Both the position numbers and the translations under genes were made by a program. The notes beneath the pieces are model-generated. The model was not told the DNA's origin, did no database searches, and saw nothing but the letters and a program-made list of their open reading frames with translations. Positions 24,791-32,000 of a DNA stretch of 32,000 nucleotides are shown here, piece by piece (within the stretch, counting starts at the first letter, position 1; the number at the start of each line of letters is the position of its first letter). Where the stretch lies: the NCBI RefSeq assembly GCF_900167395.1, contig NZ_FUWK01000033.1:864-32863 (forward strand), given 5' to 3'. The DNA is from Nitrosomonas europaea. GTDB taxonomy: Bacteria > Pseudomonadota > Gammaproteobacteria > Burkholderiales > Nitrosomonadaceae.

Positions 24791-25222
24791 GTTTCCAATG
24801 CGTTTATCCATACATTCAAGATAAATTCCAGCATCAGGCGCAGTCTGGTTGCGCTGTGAATGCCAGAGCATCTCTGCAAGGCATTCCATTACGTGATGCA
24901 TCGCTTCGTGTTCATCTCCCTGCAATCTGGTTTTCAGTTGCTCAAAACGCTGCAAGATACCAGCCGGCTGATCAATGGCAAGCTGCTCGCGGATAGCGAC
25001 ATGCATACTCATGTGCAGAAAGGGATTCGTCTCACCCAGTTCAGGCGGGAAGTCTTTGTCGAGATAACGTTCCACGTCCTGCAGCATGGAATGATATTCC
25101 GGGTGCTGCAGAATGACTTCCAGCGCAATGGTTTCCATGCCGGATAACGGTTCTTTTCGATGATATTTCTGCCAGGTATCAAAAAACAGCCGGCGTGCTT
25201 GATCTCTCGATGGGTTGAACAT
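24785..25222 (-). CDS. DUF1841-family protein.
   Basis: MFNPSRDQARRLFFDTWQKY...ILQHPEYH matches my recollection of the DUF1841 N-terminus. Start trimmed to ATG 25222. Confidence 0.75.
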   Translation of the reverse strand: MFNPSRDQARRLFFDTWQKYHRKEPLSGMETIALEVILQHPEYHSMLQDVERYLDKDFPPELGETNPFLHMSMHVAIREQLAIDQPAGILQRFEQLKTRLQGDEHEAMHHVMECLAEMLWHSQRNQTAPDAGIYLECMDKRIGNK

Positions 25223-25464
25223 TACCGCAGATTTTGTAAAGGGTGATACCAGAAGATGACAGGATAATTCTGCTGTCATCATACACCGAAGAAAACATGA
25301 TTTCCGGTAAAGGTGGAACTGCGCAATTTCAACCTGATTCATGACGGGTGCATGAATATCCCTGCCCTGATTTGATCGGGTAGGTTTGAAGTGCTTACCT
25401 TTCCTGATCGATGGAGTACACTAGACTGGCAACACTCGTGTTTTCTGTCAACGGATGTTTTTTA

Positions 25465-26286
25465 ATGATGAGTCGGGTATCACAAGCGCTTGCGCCCGTT
25501 TTATTTTTACCGCACGGTGGCGGGCCGTTACCTGTTCTGGGTGACAAAGAGCATGAGAAGATGGTCTCCTTTCTGAGAGAAATCGCGACCGAGCTGGGTG
25601 AACCGCCAGCAATTCTGATTATCAGTGCCCACTGGGAAGAGGAACAGGCGACGATAACGAGCAATAGTCAACCTGGAATAATTTATGATTATTATGGATT
25701 TCCTGCTGCGGCTTACGAAATTCAATATGCAGCGCCTGGTCATCCCGGGCTGGCGAATGAAATTTATACCCTGTTGACAGCAAACGGTATTCCGGCGAGA
25801 CTCGATGAACAACGCGGTTTCGATCACGGGATGTTTGTACCGCTCAAGCTGATGTTTCCACAAGCCCGGATTCCTTGTGTCCAGTTGTCGTTGTTGAATA
25901 ACCTGAATCCTCGAATGCATATTGCGCTTGGCAAAGCCATTACCGCTTTGCGAAGCAGAAATATTCTGATCGTCGGTTCAGGCATGTCATTTCACAATTT
26001 GAAAGCATTTTTCTCGAGCACGGTTGATGGCCGCGGAGAAAATGAGGCATTTGACAACTGGCTGATTGAAACATGCACCCATCCGGCAATTGCGCCCGAA
26101 ATGCGTGAACAGCGGTTGATCGAGTGGGAAAAGGCGCCTTTTGCCCGATTCTGTCATCCAAGAGAAGAACACTTGTTGCCATTGCATGTCTGCTATGGTG
26201 TCGCTTGTGTCGATACCCCGACAGCACGGACTGTATTCAACGGAGAAATCATGGGCAGGAAAGTAACGAGCTTTCTCTGGCAGTAG
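25465..26286 (+). CDS. Class III (LigB-superfamily) extradiol dioxygenase, DODA/YgiD type.
   Basis: PVLFLPHGGGP, ISAHWE, DYYGFP, YAAPG, GFDHGMFVPL, PCVQLSL and GSGMSFHNL are collinear with E. coli YgiD. Start trimmed to MMSRV (25465). Confidence 0.85.
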   Translation: MMSRVSQALAPVLFLPHGGGPLPVLGDKEHEKMVSFLREIATELGEPPAILIISAHWEEEQATITSNSQPGIIYDYYGFPAAAYEIQYAAPGHPGLANEIYTLLTANGIPARLDEQRGFDHGMFVPLKLMFPQARIPCVQLSLLNNLNPRMHIALGKAITALRSRNILIVGSGMSFHNLKAFFSSTVDGRGENEAFDNWLIETCTHPAIAPEMREQRLIEWEKAPFARFCHPREEHLLPLHVCYGVACVDTPTARTVFNGEIMGRKVTSFLWQ

Positions 26287-26365
26287 GCTGCTGACGGAAT
26301 ATGCGAATTCAGTATCATCGGCCTGGAACATTTGGAATCGTGATGAAACTCAGTGGAGAATCCGT

Positions 26366-26692
26366 ATGAAAAAACTGAAATTAAAAGCCGCGGTATCTGG
26401 TTTCCTGTTTACTGCCATATTAATGAACAGTGCATGGTCGGCACAAGAAGAGAAGCCCGGTACCGGTTTCGCGTGGAAGGATGGTGCAGAAATTTACGCC
26501 AAAATCTGTGCTTATTGTCATGAGGCCAATGTCGGGCCGCAAATTCGTAACCGTGAACTTCCTGCAATCTATATCCGTGCGATCGTTCGTAATGGAAGCC
26601 GGGCCATGCCCGCTTTTCGCTCTTCTGAAATCGACGATGAATCACTGGCAAAAGTGGCAGATTTCATTTCTCAGAAAGCATCTCAGTATTGA
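26366..26692 (+). CDS. pchC: Cytochrome c subunit of p-cresol methylhydroxylase (PchC-like).
   Basis: Sec signal. CAYCHE haem site. IVRNGSRAMPAF...DDESLAKVADF closely parallels P. putida PchC (IVRNGFRAMPAF...DDESL) as I recall it. Confidence 0.8.
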   Translation: MKKLKLKAAVSGFLFTAILMNSAWSAQEEKPGTGFAWKDGAEIYAKICAYCHEANVGPQIRNRELPAIYIRAIVRNGSRAMPAFRSSEIDDESLAKVADFISQKASQY

Positions 26693-26707
26693 AGGAGGTC
26701 CTGCTCC

Positions 26708-27655
26708 ATGGATGAAACCCGACGTGACTTCATCAAAGGTATGTTTGCCAGTGGAACTTTCCTGGCTCTTGGTGTGCCCGGAATTGCTCGAGCGGCATCG
26801 GTTGGGCCGCTTTTCGACAGCACACGAAATTGCCGGCTATTATTGGGAAATACCACCGGTGCCGAATCATTTGCAAAAGGTGTGCAGTCTGCCTGTTTCA
26901 ACCATGGCAGCCGCCATCATGGTGCGTTACCGGTATTCCGGTTCGAAAGTGAGTTATCAACCGGTTTTTTGCATTTGGTCGATTTGTTGATGCAATCGCG
27001 GAATACGCGCTGGATTGCTGTCATGGATCATGCCGATGCAGCCATATTTACTGAGCTGATACGAAATTCCGCCGCTCATCTGCTGGCATCAGGCTCACAT
27101 ACTTTTGCAGCCGGTGATCATGCGGCTCTGCCGTTGCGTCATGTATGGGCTGCGGCATCACCAGCCTACAGTACAGGAGGGTTACTGGCATCGATGCTGG
27201 CTCGCGAGCAGTACAGTTTCTCGATTGTCGAACGTTTTCTCACGCAATCAGCGGGGGAAAGTATAGAAAATGCTGCACTATCTCTCCCGGAATTTTTGCC
27301 GTATCACCGGGCTGATCAGCCTGTAACCCGTTTGTATTGTGCTGGTGTACCGCTTCCGGAAGCCGGCCGGCTGCTCGGCTGGGAAACATCAAAAAATCAG
27401 GAATCCTTATTTTCCCGGACCATTGCCTCTACTGCCAGCCGGAATGAAACAGCAGGTAGTACGACAGTTGAATATCCGCAATCCGGTGACTGGGTTGAAG
27501 CTACCGGTTATGCAGTTGCAGCAGCTGCACTGGGGATGAAAATAAACCGGGAATCATGTTCTGAGCGCGCATTCGTATATCGGTCAGGCCAGGGTCATCC
27601 GGATCATAAAGGGTTGTCGGGAGTAAATTTCGCCTCATTTGTAATCGACGTGTAG
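26708..27655 (+). CDS. Tat-signal protein of unknown function in the pchX position.
   Basis: MDETRRDFIKGMFASGTFLALGVPGIARA has a twin-arginine motif, h-region and AxA site. No recognisable cofactor motif. 13-16 nt gaps to both neighbours imply co-transcription. Confidence 0.7.
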   Translation: MDETRRDFIKGMFASGTFLALGVPGIARAASVGPLFDSTRNCRLLLGNTTGAESFAKGVQSACFNHGSRHHGALPVFRFESELSTGFLHLVDLLMQSRNTRWIAVMDHADAAIFTELIRNSAAHLLASGSHTFAAGDHAALPLRHVWAAASPAYSTGGLLASMLAREQYSFSIVERFLTQSAGESIENAALSLPEFLPYHRADQPVTRLYCAGVPLPEAGRLLGWETSKNQESLFSRTIASTASRNETAGSTTVEYPQSGDWVEATGYAVAAAALGMKINRESCSERAFVYRSGQGHPDHKGLSGVNFASFVIDV

Positions 27656-27667
27656 GGAGAATACAGT

Positions 27668-29212
27668 ATGGCCAGTAAATATATTGCATTGCCGAAAGGA
27701 GTATCAGAAAAAGATTTCGAGGCGGCTGTCGGTCATTTTCGCGGAATATTGGGCGATGACGCCGTACTCACCAGTGCGGAACAGCTTATACCCTATACCA
27801 AGACCATGATGCCGGTTCCTGATGCCGAGCATACGCCCTCCATCGCATTGCTGGCGACAACGGTTGAACAGATCCAGAAAATCGTTGCGGTTTGTAATCA
27901 GTACAAGATACCGGTCTGGACGATTTCCACCGGCAAAAATTTAGGTTATGGTTCGGCAGCTCCGGCGGAGCGCGGTCAGATAGTGCTCGATCTCAAACGT
28001 ATGAATCGTATCCTCGAAGTGGATAAGGATCTGGCCTTTGCCCTGGTTGAGCCCGGGGTGACGTACCAGCAGCTCTACGATTACATCAAAGAACATAAAC
28101 TGGGTCTGTGGTTATCCATGCCTGCGCCTTCAGCCATTGCCGGGCCGGTTGGTAATACGCTGGATCGTGGTGTCGGGTATACACCCTATGGAGAACATTT
28201 TCTGTTCGCTTGCGGTATGGAAGTGGTGCTTGCCAATGGTGAAGTGCTGCGCACGGGGATGGGATCGATGCCTAACTCTAATACCTGGCAGGTATTCAAA
28301 TGGGGGTATGGCCCCTATCTGGATGGTATTTTTACGCAGTCCAACTATGGCATCGTTACCAAATTCGGATTCTGGCTGATGCCTGAACCCCCGGCGTTCA
28401 AGCCATTCGTGATTCAATACGAACATGAAGAAGACATCGTGGAAATCGTGGAAACGATCCGCCCGCTGCGTATCAGTGGAGTCATTCCAAATGCAGTCGT
28501 TATTGCACATGCGCTGTATGAAGCACCTGTGAAAGCGCGGCGGGGTGATTATGTGAGCGGACCGGGTTCGATTCCGGATGAGGCCGTTTACCGGATTATG
28601 AAAGATCATAAACTCGGGATCTGGAATGTGTATGCGGCGCTCTATGGCACGCAGGAACAGATTGATGTGAACTGGAAGATCGTGACACAGGCATTTGGTC
28701 AGTCGGGCAAGGCCAAAATCCTGACAGAGCAGGAAGCGGCAAATGATCCTGCATTTGCTTATCGCACCAAGCTCATGCGTGGAGAAATGACATTGACAGA
28801 ATTTTCGCTGTATAACTGGCGTGGAGGTGGCGGGTCGATGTGGTTCGCACCTGTTTCCCAGGCGCGAGGAAGCGAAACACTCAAGCAGATGGCGCTGACC
28901 AAGCAGATTCTTGCCAAGTACGGGCTGGATTATTCCGGTGAATTTATCGTCGGGATGCGTGATATGCACCATATCGTCGATGTCTTGTACGACAAGACCG
29001 ATGCAGAGCAAACGAAAGCAGCCTATCAGTGTTTTGACGAGTTACTGACCGAATTTTCTGCACGAGGGTATGGAATTTATCGTGTCAATACGGCGTTCAT
29101 GGATAAGGTGGCTGAAACCTATGGCCCGGTACAGAGAAATATTCACAGAACACTTAAAAAGGCGCTGGATCCTAACGGGATCCTGGCACCGGGAAAATCA
29201 GGCATTCGTTGA
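27668..29212 (+). CDS. pchF: p-Cresol methylhydroxylase flavoprotein subunit (PchF-like; VAO/PCMH FAD-binding family).
   Basis: Collinear with P. putida PchF over its whole length as I recall it: LPKGV..., KIPVWTISTGKNLGYGSAAP, PSAIAGPVGNTLDRGVGYTPYGEHF, LYNWRGGGGSMWFAPVS (with the Tyr for 8-alpha-O-tyrosyl-FAD), ILAPGKSGI. No signal peptide. Confidence 0.93.
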   Translation: MASKYIALPKGVSEKDFEAAVGHFRGILGDDAVLTSAEQLIPYTKTMMPVPDAEHTPSIALLATTVEQIQKIVAVCNQYKIPVWTISTGKNLGYGSAAPAERGQIVLDLKRMNRILEVDKDLAFALVEPGVTYQQLYDYIKEHKLGLWLSMPAPSAIAGPVGNTLDRGVGYTPYGEHFLFACGMEVVLANGEVLRTGMGSMPNSNTWQVFKWGYGPYLDGIFTQSNYGIVTKFGFWLMPEPPAFKPFVIQYEHEEDIVEIVETIRPLRISGVIPNAVVIAHALYEAPVKARRGDYVSGPGSIPDEAVYRIMKDHKLGIWNVYAALYGTQEQIDVNWKIVTQAFGQSGKAKILTEQEAANDPAFAYRTKLMRGEMTLTEFSLYNWRGGGGSMWFAPVSQARGSETLKQMALTKQILAKYGLDYSGEFIVGMRDMHHIVDVLYDKTDAEQTKAAYQCFDELLTEFSARGYGIYRVNTAFMDKVAETYGPVQRNIHRTLKKALDPNGILAPGKSGIR

Positions 29213-29263
29213 CTGTATTTGTTCTTTGTACAAGAAATGACCATCTCAAAGCGAGGAGTACAG

Positions 29264-30379
29264 ATGAGACGAATCAGGGCTGCAGTGGTTTACCAGAAAG
29301 GCGGGCCTTTTCAGATCGAAGATCTGAGGCTGGAAGCGCCGCGTACCGATGAGGTGCTGGTACGCATCGTAGCGACCGGGATGTGTCATACCGACATGGT
29401 GGCTCGTGACCAGCTTTATGATGTACCGCTACCGGTAGTCCTCGGGCATGAAGGTTCAGGTATCGTTGAACAGATCGGTGATGGTGTAAGAAAAGTGGCA
29501 GTTGGTAACCATGTTGTACTTACCTATATGTGGTGCGGTCATTGCAAACCCTGCCTGCGTGGCGATCTGACCTACTGCGAGCATTTTTATGCGCTGAATT
29601 TCGGGGGAGTACGTGAAGACGGCAGTACTTCGACCTGTCTGGCAAACGACACCCGGAGACCGATTCACGATCATTTTTTTGGACAATCATCATTTGGCAC
29701 ATTTGCTCTGGTGCATGAACGCAATGTGATCAAAGTACCCGAAACTGCACCACTGGAACTACTTGGGCCATTGGGTTGCGGCATTCAGACGGGTGCCGGG
29801 GCGGTCATTAATACACTTAAAGTCAGCCCGGGCAGCAGTTTTGTAGCATTCGGCGGGGGTGCGGTAGGATTGAGTGCGGTGATGGCGGCACATGCTGCCG
29901 GTGCTACGACAATCATTTCTGTCGATGTAGTTCCTTCACGCTTGGCGCTGGCAATGGAACTTGGCGCGACCCATACCATCAACAGTCGTGAAACGGATCC
30001 TGTTGAAGCGGTTCACAAGATTATTAATGGAGGGGCTGATTTCACTTTGGAATCGAGTGGACGCCCGGCCGTATTGCGCCAGGCCATCGATGCACTGGCG
30101 ATCCGGGGGACATGCGGTATCGTCGGCGCGCCTGCACTGGGTACTGAGGCGAGTTTCGATGTTAACGGCGTAATGACGACAGGCAAGCGCATCATCGGGA
30201 TCGTCGAAGGGGACAGTAAGCCGGACCTTTTCATCCCGGCACTGGTCGAGCTCTACCAGCAAGGGAAATTTCCTTTCGACAGGCTGGTGAAGTTTTATTC
30301 CCTCGATCAGATCAATCAGGCTGCCGAGGATAGTGAAAAGGGCATCACGATCAAGCCGATCATCCGGTTGCAGTCATAG
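29264..30379 (+). CDS. Zn-dependent aryl-alcohol (benzyl-alcohol, XylB-like) dehydrogenase.
   Basis: GMCHTDM, VLGHEGSGIV, structural-Zn Cys cluster CGHCKPCLRGDLTYC, and Rossmann motif GGGAVGLS. SD GAGGAG lies before ATG 29264. Confidence 0.9.
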   Translation: MRRIRAAVVYQKGGPFQIEDLRLEAPRTDEVLVRIVATGMCHTDMVARDQLYDVPLPVVLGHEGSGIVEQIGDGVRKVAVGNHVVLTYMWCGHCKPCLRGDLTYCEHFYALNFGGVREDGSTSTCLANDTRRPIHDHFFGQSSFGTFALVHERNVIKVPETAPLELLGPLGCGIQTGAGAVINTLKVSPGSSFVAFGGGAVGLSAVMAAHAAGATTIISVDVVPSRLALAMELGATHTINSRETDPVEAVHKIINGGADFTLESSGRPAVLRQAIDALAIRGTCGIVGAPALGTEASFDVNGVMTTGKRIIGIVEGDSKPDLFIPALVELYQQGKFPFDRLVKFYSLDQINQAAEDSEKGITIKPIIRLQS

Positions 30380-31460
30380 ATTTTATACTTCACCTCCTGC
30401 CTCGTAAATCTGCACGAAATCTGGAAATCGACGCCTTTGCGGCGTGTTTCTCCCAGGTTCTGCGTTGCATTGGCGCTCGGCAGGTTGGCGACCTCGGCAG
30501 TGGCATCCTGCTGCCAGAGCGCGATTCGGGCTTCTGTCCGCTTAGTCAGACGGAACTTGGTGCCCAGTTCGATGCCGGTATTGATTGACGGCTTGATTTC
30601 AGCAGTACCAGTAGTCAGGTAGGCCGGTGAGCGGGATCCGGTGACGATCTGGAAGGTACGTCCCCAGTTGCCATAGACGCTGAAGGCTGCCGACGGACTA
30701 TATACGATGCTCAGCTTGGGCTGGTTGATCCAGTCGTAATCTTGCAAGGGATAGGTCTGTCCGGTCGCGTTGAGCGTGGTGTGTCCCTTGAACGTGTCAG
30801 TTCGGATCGCTGGTACGATCTTCCAGGATCTACCCGGTTTGATGACTGCCTGAACGTAGGCGCCGAAGTTGTCGAGGGTATAGCTGTCGTCGTTGGCTGT
30901 CGAGGCAGGTGTGGAGAAATTTATCGGCTCGGCATAGGCGTAACGATAGCGACGATAGCGGTTGTTCTGGTGTTCGTAGTTGAAGCCGCCCTCGATGGCG
31001 ATTTGCTCGTTAGCCTGCCAAGTCAGTGTGTTGATCCAGCCCAGGTGTTTCTCGTTCCATAGGCGGCGTTGGCGTGGCAGGGTACTGCCTGAGTAGCTGC
31101 TGTAGGTGACATGACGATCATCATTGATGCTGTTGTAATACAGTTGGCTACTGTAGGCCAGGTTCTGGCTGAGTTGATAATCCAGATGGCCGCTCAACTG
31201 CTGCATGTCGCGGCTGTCGTGGTCGTTGGCATTGCGGGGGGCGGACTGCCAGCAGTCAGCGGCGAGTTCGCTGGCAGTCATGTAGCCAGGGGATTTCGCC
31301 TCATGGCTGTAAATGCGAGCAATCAGGCCGGCCTTCAGGCCGCCGGCATCCGAGGTGTAGAACCATTTGCCGCCGATGTTGTGCAGACCGTAACGTGGAT
31401 CGTTGGTGCCACGGACGACTTCGATATACTCGATATCTGTCATTTTCAGAAGACGACTGC
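30380..31460 (-). pseudogene. TonB-dependent receptor remnant, truncated at both ends.
   Basis: Starts at the tail of the plug (DIEYIEVVRGTNDPRYG). The barrel strands run to ...NLGETRRKGVDFQIS. The frame then runs antisense into the ADH gene instead of ending in a terminal aromatic. No signal peptide, TonB box or plug. Confidence 0.75.
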
Positions 31461-31464
31461 ACTA

Positions 31465-32000
31465 AATGTCAGAAGTCGGTAACACATATGATATTTACCG
31501 ATGTATCTTGGTATAGCGCATGCTCCCATGCCTGTTCTGGCAGAATGGCCACGCCATGCTCGGTAATCGGTGCGGTATCGATCGCCATGTTTACCTCGCT
31601 TTGGTGCAGTCGCCTTCTGAAAATAACACCCATCCCGCTCTGACCTTCCTTTTCAGGTATTAGAAAGGCTATGTATTCGTTAACAGTTGAAACTGATTTT
31701 CCCGGCCGAGAGCGGCTTGCAGTGGGACAATAGGTGAACTGAGATTTTCCTGTTGATCGAGCCACCTGAACCATCCGAGGTAATTTTCCAGATACCGGGT
31801 AGCAACGCCATGGAATCGTTTCATCCATTGTTTGAGCCGGCTGTGGTAAGCGTTAACGTTCTGAATATGATAGACACCAGCGATGACTCGAACCCCGGCA
31901 GCAAGATTGACGGGACGATGGGTGATTCCAAGACTGCGGGCCACGGATCGATAAACAGCCGCACCATCGCTGCAGAAAATGACATCTTTTTCCAGAACAG
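31465..32000 (-). mobile_element. IS1595-family insertion sequence, 3' part. The inner end is approximate and the element continues past the window edge.
   Basis: Contains the transposase C-terminus. TonB-receptor homology stops near 31460. I could not identify the terminal IR. Confidence 0.5.
31669..32000 (-). CDS. IS1595-family (ISXO2-like DDE) transposase, C-terminal ~110 aa. The 5' part lies outside the window.
   Basis: Translation continues upstream of the track ORF to the window edge: ...VIFCSDGAAVYRSVARSLGITHRPVNLAAG..HIQNVNAYHSRLKQWMKRFHGVATRYLENYLGWFRWLD. This is the characteristic N-x-x-E/H...K...GV..KYL..YL.EF/WFR tail. Confidence 0.85.
   Translation of the reverse strand, partial: VLEKDVIFCSDGAAVYRSVARSLGITHRPVNLAAGVRVIAGVYHIQNVNAYHSRLKQWMKRFHGVATRYLENYLGWFRWLDQQENLSSPIVPLQAALGRENQFQLLTNT

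Noticed and set aside
28130-29011. 293-aa minus-strand ORF.
   Set aside because: It is antisense to the PchF-like gene, which is collinear with a known enzyme over its full length.
31469-31828. 119-aa minus-strand ORF.
   Set aside because: Its 5' half overlaps the IS1595 transposase C-terminus in another frame. The remainder covers the non-coding IS end and has no motif or SD.

Overview
This is a 32-kb chromosomal segment from a Gram-negative proteobacterium. TonB-dependent receptors, an autotransporter and a PEP-CTERM protein support that. Gene content and roughly 50% GC suggest a Nitrosomonas-type betaproteobacterium, but that is only a guess. I see no rRNA, tRNA or CRISPR. Housekeeping genes: yraN, an ABC exporter, rsmI, pyrC, the selD-selU selenium operon, an ABC-F ATPase (uup-like), two monohaem cytochromes c and a DUF1841 gene. 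Accessory or mosaic segments lie between them. (1) At the left edge, a HEPN-domain gene and a cold-shock-domain gene each start 14-16 nt after a GTTAG-type integron core site. An attC-like GC-rich palindrome separates them, and no integrase is in view. (2) An AraC regulator plus a 1199-aa autotransporter form a block whose glycine codon usage (GGC) differs from neighbouring genes (GGT). (3) A long structured non-coding region holds a near-consensus Fur box in a promoter, phased GCCAGC motifs, and a 270-bp element with perfect 19-bp terminal inverted repeats, all upstream of a PEP-CTERM protein gene. (4) An iron-type module: a two-component system, a divergent Fur-family paralog and a catecholate-type TonB-dependent receptor. 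(5) A p-cresol methylhydroxylase cluster (pchC-like cytochrome, a Tat-signal protein in the pchX position, pchF-like flavoprotein, aryl-alcohol dehydrogenase, preceded by a DODA/YgiD-type extradiol dioxygenase). It abuts a doubly truncated TonB-receptor remnant and an IS1595-family transposase that runs off the right edge. All product calls come from reading motifs in the translations. No searches were run, and GC and codon statements are spot counts.
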